Shown: positions 27,098-38,474 of the stretch, piece after piece | How positions within the stretch are numbered: position 1 is the stretch's first letter | How the letters are laid out: every line of letters starts with the position of its first letter | NCBI GenBank assembly: GCA_025201805.1 | Contig: MU619310.1 | Coordinates: forward strand, 2,767 to 66,766 | Length of the DNA stretch: 64,000 nucleotides | Source of the DNA: Parasitella parasitica NRRL 2501 | Taxonomy: Eukaryota; Fungi; Mucoromycota | Direction: 5' to 3' | Made by a program: the position numbers and the translations under genes | The notes under the pieces: generated by a model | Databases searched by the model: none | What the model saw: the letters and a program-made list of their open reading frames with translations, nothing else | What the model was told of the DNA's origin: nothing

Positions 27098-28098
27098 CTA
27101 ATTATCAAAAACCATACGGTTTGCAACTCTACCAATACCCTTGATCTCAACTTCGACCAAATCCCCATTGTTAAGATAGCGAGGCTCCTTCATGCCCATG
27201 GCGACACCGGCAGGAGTACCAGTCATGATGATAGTACCCTTCTCCAAGGTAGTGCCTTGAGAAATGAAAGAGACGATCTCGGGCACATGGAACAACAGAT
27301 CCGAAGTGTTTGTAGATTGTCTGACCTCGCCATTGACTCTAGTTTCCAGATCAAGGCCGGGACGGTCACCCAAGAGCTTGTTGGAAACGATAACGGGGCC
27401 GATAGGAGCAAATTTGTCGAATCCTTTACTAAAGCACCATTGAGGAACACCGCCAGCGTGCTTGGGGTCTCTTTGCCACAGTCTGTTGGAGACGTCGTTA
27501 CCAACGGTATAGCCAGCAATGTACTCAGAAACGTCGGAAATGGGGATATCTTTGCCAGTTTTGCCAATGACAATTGTCTAATGTATGCATTTGATACGCA
27601 TTAGTTTTCCGGACACGGCACATGCACTTTTATGGGTATCTTACCAATTCTCCCTCATAATCGACAGTAGTTTGCGCAATCTTGGTGATTGGGACGTCCT
27701 CAAAGGTGTCAGCAAGACAGTGGGAAGGCTTGATAAAGACGGACGGATAGGGAGGAGGAGTACGGCCGCCTTCAGCGACTAGAGTGCTCTGATTTAGCGT
27801 GTGGATTTTTAGCAGCAATGGTACACTTACTGTGAGCTTTGTAGTTCAAGCCGATGCATTTGATGATGGGAACCTGGTCTCTGCTGAGAGGAGACAGAAT
27901 CTTGGTGACTTTCTCGACTTGGTCAGTTACAACCGCATCAGAGGAGAACACATCGCCAGTGATGACTTTGGCTTCCAAATTGTCCTTTTCAAACAACCTG
28001 TCTACAGTGGCATCGGCATCAGCGACGATGGGCTCACCAAAGTAAACTTTGCTGTCGGCAGCAACAAAACGGATCAAGCGGTTCCAGACGGGTGACAT
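27098..28098 (-). CDS. FPH1: Fumarylacetoacetate-hydrolase family, probable fumarylpyruvate hydrolase (3 exons)
   Basis: RLIRF, CIGLNYKAH, PSVFIKP, DYEGEL, GNDVSNRLWQ, GGVPQWCFSKGFDKFAPIGP and IMTGTPAGV. Adjacent to other gentisate-pathway genes. Confidence 0.88.
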
Positions 28099-28249
28099 GA
28101 TGGATAAAATACGAGATTGACAGAATCAATTGAGGTAAGGAAGAAGGAGAAGAATGACATGAACTTGCAGATCTGAATTTATACTTGAGCATCTTTTTTT
28201 TTCATGCTGTTCAAATTAGGAAGTGCAAAGTGTGGGGTAGTAGCCAATA

Positions 28250-28261
28250 GGATCAAGTTCC
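28250..28261. promoter_or_regulatory. GGA-N6-TCC palindrome in the divergent hydrolase/TF promoter
   Basis: GGATCAAGTTCC; the same motif is present in all four cluster promoter regions. Confidence 0.6.
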
Positions 28262-28494
28262 TCGGTTGCGCCCATCTGGGTAATCTTAATCATGGCCAGC
28301 CCGCCTTCCCCCAGATGAATGGATGTCTGTGAGAAAAAAAAAGTAAGCACTTAATATGTCGATGGGAAAATTGGAGACCACTAGTAAAGGATGGGAAAGC
28401 AGCCTTTTCCCTTTTCTCTTTTCTCTTCTATTTAACTTTGTCAGTTAGAAACAAAGAGAGAAAGAGAGAGAGAAATCGAGAAAGAGAGAGAAAA

Positions 28495-31347
28495 ATGATA
28501 GTTACCAAAGGCAGCGACGACAGCAGTAAACCAAGCGAAAAAACAACAGGTGACAAAAATAAACCATTGCAGCCGCTTCAGCCAATAGCACCTTCTTCCA
28601 CCCTTGGAACCGAAGCTAGAAAATCGCCCTTGTCGCCTTCAGCCAACACTCGCTCTACTGTTCCGCCCACCAAACGGCGGAAGGTATCTATTGCCTGCCA
28701 TGAATGCAGGACGCACAAGACAAAATGCGACGGAGCCCAGCCAATCTGCGGGTCTTGTCAGAAAAAGAAGCTCCCTGAGGATGCCTGTGCTTACAGCCCT
28801 GAACGTGGAAGACGAGGTGTCAAAAATCAGTAAAGATCAAGTTTGGGGGTTTCGGCATAATTTCCACGACTAATCAGAATGTGTGTCTATAGATACGTGC
28901 AGCTGTTGGAAGATAAGGTGAAGGAGCTCCAAACGGTGATTAGCAAATCGCAAGAGCAGCAATCCAATGTCATCCATTTGCCGCCATTGGCAACATCTGT
29001 GATGCCTGCCCTGGGGAACTCCAACAGATTGCTACATCAAAACTATTTTAATATACCAAGTTCTCCGTCCGATAATATCACATCAAGACCGTTATCTACT
29101 GCTGCTGCTGCTGCTGCTGCTGGTACTGCTAGTACTGCTAGTACTGCTGCTACTACGACTGCTGCAGCGACTACTACTACTGCGACCACTACACCCAGTA
29201 GTCATACTCGAAGGCACACTGAGGGAAGCATCCAGTCATTGGCAACAACTTCATCCAGCACAGATTGGCAGCAACAGCTCGCACAAAACTCACCCTCGTC
29301 ACAGCACGACGTAGATTCAATCAATGACCAACAGCAGAGAGCATCTGCCATTGATGCCATGGGTGCGGTTACCAGTGACAACGACGACCAGAGCGAACGG
29401 ACGTTGACAAGAGATCATCACGGCCAGGGGTATTTTGGTTCATCGAGTGCGGGACGTTTTATGAAGCAGCTCCATGATGCGATTGACAAAAAGACGGCGT
29501 CCAATGGCAGCAATCACTCGCAAGGATCACCCAACTCTGCAAACTCTTCGTTTCGCTCGTCGTTCCAGAGGGACCCACAGCAGCGCAGATTCTCGACAGA
29601 CTTGCTCAGCAACATTGTACTGCCGCCTCGAAAGGTCGCCGACAGCTTATTGGAAAGCTACTGGGTATATGTGCACACTTTGTACCCGTTCCTGCACAAG
29701 CCGTCGTTCATGAAGACGTATTCGCTGCTGTGGGATCAAACTGGTGGCAGCATCAATGAATCCTATGATCTCTATGAATCGGAGAACGAGCCGCTATTCC
29801 AGTGCACACTGAACCTGGTATTTGCGTTGGGTTGTCAGTTATCGCCAGACACTAACGAGAGTGAACGAGAGGTAGCGTCTGACGTGTTTTTCCAGCGATC
29901 CAAGAAGCTGCTCCATTTCGATATCCTGGAAGCGGGAAGCATCAAAGTGGTGCAGGCCCTGTTGCTGATGGGTCAGTATTTGCAGTGCACAAAACTCCCT
30001 GGCAGATGCTGGATTGTGGTAGGGCTGGCCATCCGGGTAGCGCAGGGCATAGGGCTTCATTTGGAGAGAAAGTCAGAGAACCAGCTTGATCGAGAGCTTC
30101 GAAGACGGCTGTGGGGCGGATGCATTGTACTAGACAGAGTTATATCCATGGCTTATGGAAGGCCCTTTATGATTCCCATCTCTCGGGACCTTAAGCTTCC
30201 TCAGGCGATCGACGATGAACTCCTGACTGTGGCGCCCCGCCCTCCTGCTTTGCAGCCCAAAACAAAGCCGAGCCAAATGGCGTTTTTGGTGCACACTATC
30301 CAGCTGTACGAAATCATGGGTGAGATCCTGTTGACGCTTTACTCGGACGGAGAGACGTTTGGAGGCGCTATGGATACTGCCTTCCCTTCTGCTCGATCCG
30401 AAATCGATGGCAGCAATCTGGCAACTAGCCTCAACTCAATCATCAAGCTGGAAATGGCCCTCAGTTCGTGGAAACAGAACTTGCCTCCTTTCCTGCAGCA
30501 CGATCAAGGCAGCGACAGCATTTTTTTGCTAGAAAAAGACGAAAATGAGGCCAAAAAGCTATTGAGGCAGTGCAATGTATTGAAAGCAAGGTATGTATAA
30601 CATTGGAATAGGTTGCGTATTTATGCTCAACTGCTGTATTGCGGCATAGATATCTTCATGTCTGTATATTACTGTACCGCCCTTTATTGGTGTTTTATTT
30701 CACTTTGGAAGAATCAACGAGCCATCATCATCATCATCATCATCATCATTACGCAGATCATGCTGTTACTACGCCGACTGATCTCCAGAAATCTCTATTT
30801 GTACAAAGCTCGCAAAAGTGCGTCAAGATAGCTCAGGATCTTATCAAGACGATTAGTCATAATATCAAAGCGCAGTTGCCTGCCTGGTGGTACAGCATAT
30901 TTTGTAAGCACTAGTAATTTATTTGTGAGCGAAATAATGCAGTTAGACTCATTCACAGGGCGTGTCTTGTACTAGATCTTTACACAGCAGCCACAGTATT
31001 GTTGATGGCAAGGCTGTTCCCCAAAATAAGAGATGTGATAGGGCACGACTCGTTGCTGTCGAGCTGGAATGAATGTCTGCGCTGCATGAAAGAATATCAG
31101 CATTATAGCGTGTCAGCAAAAAAATGCTATGCTTACTTGTCAGAGCTAGAGAATCATGTCTGGGCGGCAACGCATGGTAAGTTGTATGCAGCTGGTTTAC
31201 TCGAGGCAATGCTGACTCATAACCGTTGACAGATCAAGAAAATAACAATGCATCCATTACAATGTCTAGTATCCAGATATTGGGTACATTACCACAAAGG
31301 CAGCAAATAAACGGGCAAATTCAACTGCAAGAACTACCAGCCCAGCC

Positions 31348-31386
<39 letters not shown>

Positions 31387-31630
31387 GCAACAACAACAGC
31401 AGCAGCAGGAGCAGCAGCAGCAACAGCAACAGCAGCACCATCATCCACAGCCATCTGCTGAGTACAACAGTGCATTTAATTACAGTAATAGCAACATTGA
31501 GCATTGGGATTTTGATCTGATGCAGCAAGACATGTCTTGGCTGGGCCGTTTGCCTGTGTATACAGATTTGGAATCCGAATACCAAAATTCATTGAGTGAA
31601 AATGGGCTGGGAGGGTTTTCTTTCTTATAA
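28495..31630 (+). CDS. Zn2Cys6 transcription factor with fungal-specific middle domain; probable cluster regulator (Gtf1-like), 5 exons
   Basis: CHECRTHKTKCDGAQPICGSCQKKKLPEDAC; YFGSSSAGRFM; LPPRKVADSLLESYWVYVHTLYPFLH; AIRVAQGIGLH; RRRLWGGCIVLDR; LPAWWYSIFYLYTAATVL. Contains poly-H and poly-Q tracts. Confidence 0.92.
31348..31437 (+). repeat. CAA/CAG trinucleotide repeat encoding poly-Q in the TF
   Basis: Visible caa/cag run. A CAT run (poly-H) lies at ~30723-30749. Confidence 0.9.
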
Positions 31631-31789
31631 AAGACAAACTAGTATAAACATAGAGAGAGAGAGAGACAGGTTCTTTTTTGTAATAAAATTGTAAAGCTCG
31701 CCACATTTCCTGGTCTTTGCATAGATCAGGGTAACCAGCTGGTAACACTAATTATCTCAGGGCGGAGACTATGTGATGAACCACTTTCT

Positions 31790-31801
31790 GGAAATGCATC
31801 C
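31790..31801. promoter_or_regulatory. GGA-N6-TCC palindrome upstream of the GFA gene
   Basis: GGAAATGCATCC(G), ~130 bp before the ATG. Confidence 0.6.
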
Positions 31802-31931
31802 GACAAGATTAATCGCATTATTGCGATGGCTTCGTGTAACCTGCGCGGAAAGCTTAGTAATTCATAAACTCATATAAATGCGAATCTCTTCTTTTTCTCT
31901 TGTTCAAGATCTATTTAGTACTGAAGCAACA

Positions 31932-32444
31932 ATGACCACGCAATATCAAGGCACATGTATCTGCAAATCAATCCAGATTACGCTTCAGGGCGAACCAGCG
32001 AAAGCAATGGCGTGCCACTGTATCGATTGTCAAAAGTCTGCTGGTGGACCATTTCAAACCTGTGCTATTTACGACACCAAAAACATGCAAGTAAAAGACC
32101 CTGCAGGTCACCTCAAGAAATACGTTTTTCCAAAGGAAACCGTCGGCAGCGGCTTTGAAAAGCACAAATATTTCTGCGGCGTGTGCGGTACTCATTTATA
32201 TAATCAGCCCATGAAGCACAATGGTGAAAAGAGTGTGATTAAAACTGCATTTCTTGATTCTGCCGAAGGCCCTGGGTAAGTTGTAATTTACACACGAGAT
32301 CCGCGTCTGTATACTTATCTTTTTTTTTTTTTTTTTTGTGGCAGTGTCAATTTATTCAAGCCATCTGGTGAGATCTTTACCAAGGACAGAGCTTCTTTCT
32401 TGGACCCCATTGAGGGTCTCAAGCAATTCGAAAAGGGTTTTTAA
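31932..32444 (+). CDS. GFA / CENP-V / Mss4-like zinc protein; candidate maleylpyruvate isomerase (2 exons)
   Basis: GTCICKSI..ACHCIDCQKSAG..YFCGVCGT. Intron 32276-32345, then VNLFKPSGEIFTKDRASFL...KGF*. Confidence 0.85.
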
Positions 32445-32581
32445 AAATAAAAAAATGAATAAAAACAAGCATTTATTATTACATGTTGAAAAATAGAAAC
32501 GAGTGTGTATATTAGTAAATAGATGGTTTGGTTGTATTATACAGATTGGGTTGCGTATGGAAAGTAGAAATACAGGGTTTT

Positions 32582-34212
32582 TCAAGTGGTATAGCGAAAA
32601 TTGGGATGGTTATGGCCCAATTCACCAATCTGCTCGTCAGTGAGGCCATCCAAAAGATAATCTCTTTTGCCCTGTGCTCTTTTTCTGTTTTCCCATCTGC
32701 AGTTCAAGGTTGCCAAGGTAGCACTGATCACAATGACGCATCCTGCGCATAAATTGATGATATGGCCTGCCTTGTACTCTGGAGCCTCTTCAGCCAAATA
32801 GGTCCATGTTGCGACAAGGCCACCCAAGGAACCAACACTCACAGCAAAGGCACTTGCAATAGCTCGCACCATGGGACCAGAGGAATTGTTCACCAGCCAA
32901 GCAACAAACACAGGGCTTCCGGTGAATGCGCCGCAAGTTGCAAAGAAGATGGCCATATACCGCACACCAGTAGTTTCTACGGTCAGCAAAATGATAAACG
33001 CAATGATGATCAGTGGACCAGCAGCAAAAATCAGGATAGGGCCGCGAGTTTTGAACCGATCTGAAATGATGGCAGCAGCAATACAGAATACAGTGCCACA
33101 GGCATACGGAGGCACTGTCATCAGTTGAGATTTGACAGAATCAAAGCCCATAGACGCCAGCAGCGAGGGCATGAAAAGCGCAATCGAGTTCATACATAAA
33201 AGAGAGCAGAATAAGCCAACAGACATAAATACAATGTTCCAGTTTTTTATGCCGAGGACAAAATGGACGTGCTTCAGCTTGCTTTGCTCGTGAGTCAGTG
33301 TTTCAAGGCGGATTCGCATGCACGCAACGTGCTTTTCTTCCTCTGTCAAGAAGGTAGCGCTCTCGGGAGAATCGGGCAAGACAAAGTAGCACGCAACGCC
33401 AGCTGCAAATGTCAAGACGCCCTCAAAAAAGAAAATGTTGCGCCAGGTATGCATTATTCCCCAAGGCGGTATCTTGCTAAACCCAATGGCTAGCAGGCCG
33501 CCAAATGCACCGGCAAGACTGGCAAATGAAGCATAGATGCCAACCCTGGTGACAAGTTCATGACGGCGATAGAACGTAGAGAGCATGTAGGAGATGCCAG
33601 GCATGATGCCAGCTTCGGCAGCTCCGAGGAAAGCACGAGCCGTGGCCAGTCCAGCATAGCTTGTACAGAATGCAAGACACATGGAAACAATACCAAAGGC
33701 AAATACAATCATGGAGAGCCAGATGCGAGGGCCAAATTTCTTACACATGATATTAGTAGGGCTGCGTATATTTTACATGCATTAGTATTGCCACGTATCT
33801 CCTTAAAGGCCTGTTTACGTCTTACATTTCAAAGAGCACATAGGTTATAAAGAAAGTCGTTAACGTAATGCTGAATCTGTTGCCTGTCAAGTCAAGTTCT
33901 TCAGTCATACCAAGATTCTTTGCATTCCCCATGTTGGATCTATATATATATATGTATGAGCACGCTACTGAATAATTTTTTTTTGTTTTAAAAAAAAGAA
34001 GGCATCAGATGTAAATACCTGTCAATAAACGCCATAAGGTAAATCAACGTCGCCATAGGTACAATTCTCATGTCAAATTTGCGCCGAATTCTTGCCTCTA
34101 ACTTGGGATCAATGCTCTCCAGCGCATCGATTTGATCTTCGTGCGAATAATTAACAGATTCAACGCCCTTTTCTTTTTCGCTAACGTTGGCGCTGTTATT
34201 TTGATCAGACAT
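32582..34212 (-). CDS. MFS transporter, Dal5/ACS family; candidate hydroxybenzoate transporter (3 exons)
   Basis: RRKFDMRIVP, AFIDRSNMGNA, LFEIPTN, RAFLGAAEAG, FYRRHEL, WRNIFFFEG, LPDSPESATFLT, MTVPPY and a C-terminal HPNFRY. Confidence 0.92.
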
Positions 34213-34686
34213 GATAATTAAAGTGAATATGGGCCACAAGATGTTGTGCTATTGCGCTTTATTTTATACAAATTTTAGTTGTTCCACACAGGTTTTTTCT
34301 TGTGATCATCTCCCGTCAGATGCGAAAGGGGTTGTAACCATCAAGTGCACATTTATGACTACAAATAGCATAATGGGAGGGGAAAAAAAAGCGTTTGTGA
34401 TCCCACGCTTTTTTTTTTTTTTTTTTNNNNNNNNNNNNNNNNNNNNTCAAGCAATTTTCATGGTTGTTGCTCTCTTTGGATCGTATTAACTCAGTATATG
34501 TAGGCATGACTCTCTTGATCGAGAAGATACGAATGAACGTCTATATTTCCTTCCAGTCTCAAAGTGTTCAGCTCAATTGCAAATTGTATGCACTACTCTT
34601 GATGTAATAATTTTGGGTAAACAAGGCATTCAGGTTTGTCCATGAGAAAATTAAATGCCTGGCTGCCATGGTAACCAAAGTCTACC

Positions 34687-34700
34687 CGGATTTACATCCG
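34687..34700. promoter_or_regulatory. CGGA-N6-TCCG palindrome upstream of the MFS transporter
   Basis: CGGATTTACATCCG: inverted CGG half-sites, as is typical for Zn2Cys6 binding. Confidence 0.65.
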
Positions 34701-35121
34701 ACTTGGTCTCCAATGTTCTTGGACTTCGATAGCAGTGTTGCAATTTTTTTATTTTTTTTATTTTTTTGCTTGTATTTGTCAGTATATAGTAAATACTACG
34801 CTAGTTGGTCATCTCTGGGTGAATGATCAACTCTATCAGCATAGCATCTAGTAATCTATATTTTACCTGTCAAATTAAAGACAGGAGATATTATGTGAAT
34901 TATATAAATTTAAAACTAGTAAATAACAGCGCTAACCGTTAATGTTGCTGCAGATATTGCATGTATATGTAGTGTACGCTTCATTCCCGTCAAGGAAAAT
35001 GATTACTTCTTACATACATCCGTAGAGTACGAGAGTTTTTAGTTGCACACAGATATTCTATTTAACAAAGAGAGAGAGAGATAGGGCCCCCAAAAAAAAA
35101 GATACTATTCACGGTTTTTTT

Positions 35122-36134
35122 TTATTTTATTTCAACTTTATAAAGCCCAAGATTCTCTTGAAGAGGCTTATCATTGAATGAAAATAGGTAAGAGTCAACG
35201 TTTTCGTCAGAGTGATGAGTAATCCAGCTCCAGGCAGGGACAACAAATGTGTCGTTCAACTTCCATCTCAGTACAGTCTTGTTCCCTTTGACATCAACGA
35301 GCTCAGAGTAACCTTGACCAGCGTATATATGTGCAACTCGCGAGCAAGTTTCACGTCGAGTAACAGATGCCTTGCCAGCATTGATGCGTTCTGCTTCGCC
35401 GCCAATGATACGAGATAAAGGCTTTCCGTCGGGTTTTCTGTATTCGTAATCAGCATACGCGGTATCCAATTTGCTGGCATTCAGCGCTTCTTCGACAGGC
35501 TCCCAAGAGAATTTCAATGAACTGTTTTCAGCGTTTTCGCTAGGATATCTGCGTTCTTCATAATTCTCTGCAAAATTAACGGGAATGTTCTGAAAGATGG
35601 GGAGATCAAGGCCATCCAACCAAATCATGACATCGTCACCCTCATGGCCATGATCGTGCCACGTCCATGGAGGAGTGAGGATAACGTCGCCCTTGTTCAT
35701 GTAAATCTTTTCGCCCTCCACAGCAGTAAACCCACGATGGCCTTCGATTATGAAGCGGAGAGCAAAGGCTCTGTGTCTGTGCGCAGGCGCAGTTTCCCCT
35801 GGGTTGATCAGCTGCAAACCGGCATATAGAGTGTCGGTGGTATAAGGTGCCTCTGTTTATGGAATTAATATAAACAGATGTGTAACCAATCCGGGATCAA
35901 CTTACTCATGCTAGGATTTACCAGCATCAAAACCCTTCTTTCAGCTTCGTACTCGCCTACCTTCTCGCCAGCTTCCAGTAGCGCTGGTCTGATCTTTTCG
36001 TATTCCCATAAATGTGGGACGCATTTAGGGTTGGGATGAGGAGGAACCATGGCTTCCATGACGGTCCAGAGTGGCTCGACATGGGAGCCGTCGTATTTCT
36101 TGAGGAAATCGCAGTTGTTTGCTTCAGCCAGCAT
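35122..36134 (-). CDS. GDX1: Gentisate 1,2-dioxygenase (bicupin), 2 exons
   Basis: PLW..MVPPHPNP, EAERRVLMLVNP, TTDTLYAGLQLINPGETAPAHRH, GDVILTPPWTWHDHG, WLDGLDLP and YLFSFNDKPL. The His ligands HRH/HDH are intact. Confidence 0.95.
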
Positions 36135-36161
36135 TTTTCTTTTTTTGTGATAAATTGAGGG

Positions 36162-36198
<37 letters not shown>

Positions 36199-36283
36199 GT
36201 GTGGACAAGGTATTTATATATCGTCTCGGCTGTGTGCATTGACTTTCATGCTTGTCAAAGTTCATCCGTGAAGCTTGATTCCA

Positions 36284-36320
36284 GGAACACAGATCCATCC
36301 ATCCAATAGGATCTATTTCC
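36284..36320. promoter_or_regulatory. GGA-N7-TCC (36284-36296) and GGA-N6-TCC (36309-36320) in the divergent dioxygenase/monooxygenase promoter
   Basis: GGAACACAGATCC and GGATCTATTTCC, with additional GGATC half-sites nearby. Confidence 0.6.
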
Positions 36321-36586
36321 AATAAGCAGTTACGAATAGGATCGAATGTATGCAATGGATCACTATTTGAATGATTCTCACTTTATTAAACATGGATCTA
36401 TTCACAGATATTTGTAACCGATACATTAGAGATTTGCCTCACAGAGTCTATAGCAAATTTCCCACAATTTTCATCTATAAAATGCACCATACTCTACTCT
36501 TTGTTTTCTTTTTTTCTTTTTTCTTTTTCATCAAGCAAACGGGATTTCTTTCTCTGAAAAACACAATAAAGTGAAAAAAAAAAAAA

Positions 36587-38032
36587 ATGGTAAAAACTCT
36601 TTCTGTTATTGTTGTAGGCGGTGGTCTCGGTGGTTTAGCTACTGCAATTGCACTGAAGCGTGCCGGTCATAAAGTCACCGTCTTGGAAGGCGCCAAGCAA
36701 CTCAGTGAAGTAGGTGCCGGCATCCAGGTTCCTCCCAATACCTCTCGTATTCTCGACGCCTGGGGTCTATTGGAAAAGTTCAAGACCAAAGTGGTTTGGC
36801 CTGGTAATATTAACATGAGAAGATACTCTACGGGCGAAATTATTGGCAGTACTCCGTTGAAGCCAAGGATGACTGACCGCTATGGCTACCCGTAAGTATA
36901 TGCAAGCGCAAGTTGCTCGTCTAGTACAATATGACTGATATCCCTTGCCCATAGCTATTTGCTTATTCATCGCGCTGACTATCTGCAACTATTGTATGAT
37001 GCTTCTATTGAAATTGGAGTCGAGGTTGTTTTGGATGCTCGAGTCGAATCTGTAGATGATAAAGCTGTTGCTGTCAGACTAGCAAACGGCGGTGTTTATA
37101 CAGGCGATCTCATTATCGGTGCTGATGGCATTCGTTCCAACGTCCGTGCTGCTGTTATTCCAGACGAAACTATCCTTCCCAAAAAGTCCACCAACTGTGC
37201 TTATCGTGCCACTGTTCCTGTTGACGTTATGCGCTCTGACCCAGAGATCTCTCACTTGATAGATGATATTAATTCCAACTGCTGGATTGGCTATCGACGC
37301 CATATCATGGCTTATCCCATGAGAGGTGGTGAGTTGTACAACCTTGTCATGTCCCATCCCGGCGAAGCTGCTGTTGGAAAATGGAACGAGCCTGGTAATT
37401 TGGACGAGATGAAATACCATTACAGAAACTTTGACCCAGTCATCCAAAAAGTCCTCACTCATGTCACTGGTTGCTTAAAGTGGACATTGGCTGATTTGCC
37501 CGTGTTGAGTCATTGGGTCAGTCCTAGCGGAAGAATGGCCCTTATAGGTGATGCTGCTCATGCCATGCTTCCTTATCTTGCTCAGGTTTGTATTAAATAA
37601 GCTGTCTACAAAAAAAACAATGCTAATGCCATCGATTTATAGGGAGCCGCTCAAGCCATTGAAGACGGTGCCACTCTTGGCATCCTGTTCTCTCAAATTG
37701 AGTCTGTAGATGAAATTCCTGCTCTTTTGAGACTGTACGAGAAGATTCGCAGGCCGCGTGCCGAAAAGATTCAAAAGGGCGCGCTTGATAATGGTGACAT
37801 TTGGCACATGCCTGATGGCGATGATCAAATTGCTCGTGATAAAGCCATGAAGATTGTTGTTTCGGATGACACTGTTCAAAAGGTGCATGTAAAGAACCCC
37901 AATCAATGGTCCGATGGTGATTTCCAGCCTTGGTTATTTGGACATGATGCCATTAGTGTTGCAAAGAAGGCTCTAGCAAGTGAAAAATCGAAAGGCTACA
38001 GCAGCAGTGTAGAGGAAAGAGCAAGTCTTTAG
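36587..38032 (+). CDS. FAD-dependent aromatic monooxygenase (salicylate hydroxylase family); probable 3-hydroxybenzoate 6-hydroxylase, 3 exons
   Basis: GGGLGG, EVGAGIQVPPN, HRAD, IGADGIRS and LIGDAAHAMLPYLAQGAAQAIEDG. Divergent from the gentisate dioxygenase. Substrate is inferred from context only. Confidence 0.85.
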
Positions 38033-38474
38033 AGGTCTTTTTACATGGCTAGTGGATATTTGTATATGTGAATATTATTTATTTGAATAGAATAAGCTTT
38101 TGTGATAGCAGGTTTTTTTTTTTTCGTTTTTCTTTTTTTACCACATAATATGAGATGCCTAGTTTCAAAAGACTGCCTTCGTCAATCACATTATCACAAA
38201 TGCGTATTCCTCTTATTACGGGCTGTGTCGAAAAGTTATTCTTGTTTCATATGTCAGTAAAAGTTACGATATAGGTCTCTCCCCCTCTCCCCCCCCCCAC
38301 AATAATTTTGAGATTATCAATGGTACCGTAGTAACAACACATTCCTTGCGACATGTCAGGTTTACGGAAGAATGTTTTTACTTTCAGTAACTGACTGTGA
38401 ATAGTTTTTTGTTTATTTACTTTCACTGGGTTCTTTTGGGAAATGAGGCTTCTTTAGTAAACCAAGATAGTTCA

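Noticed and set aside
26951-27604. 217 aa plus-strand ORF and similar long antisense ORFs over real genes
   Set aside because: Shadow ORFs opposite well-supported genes.
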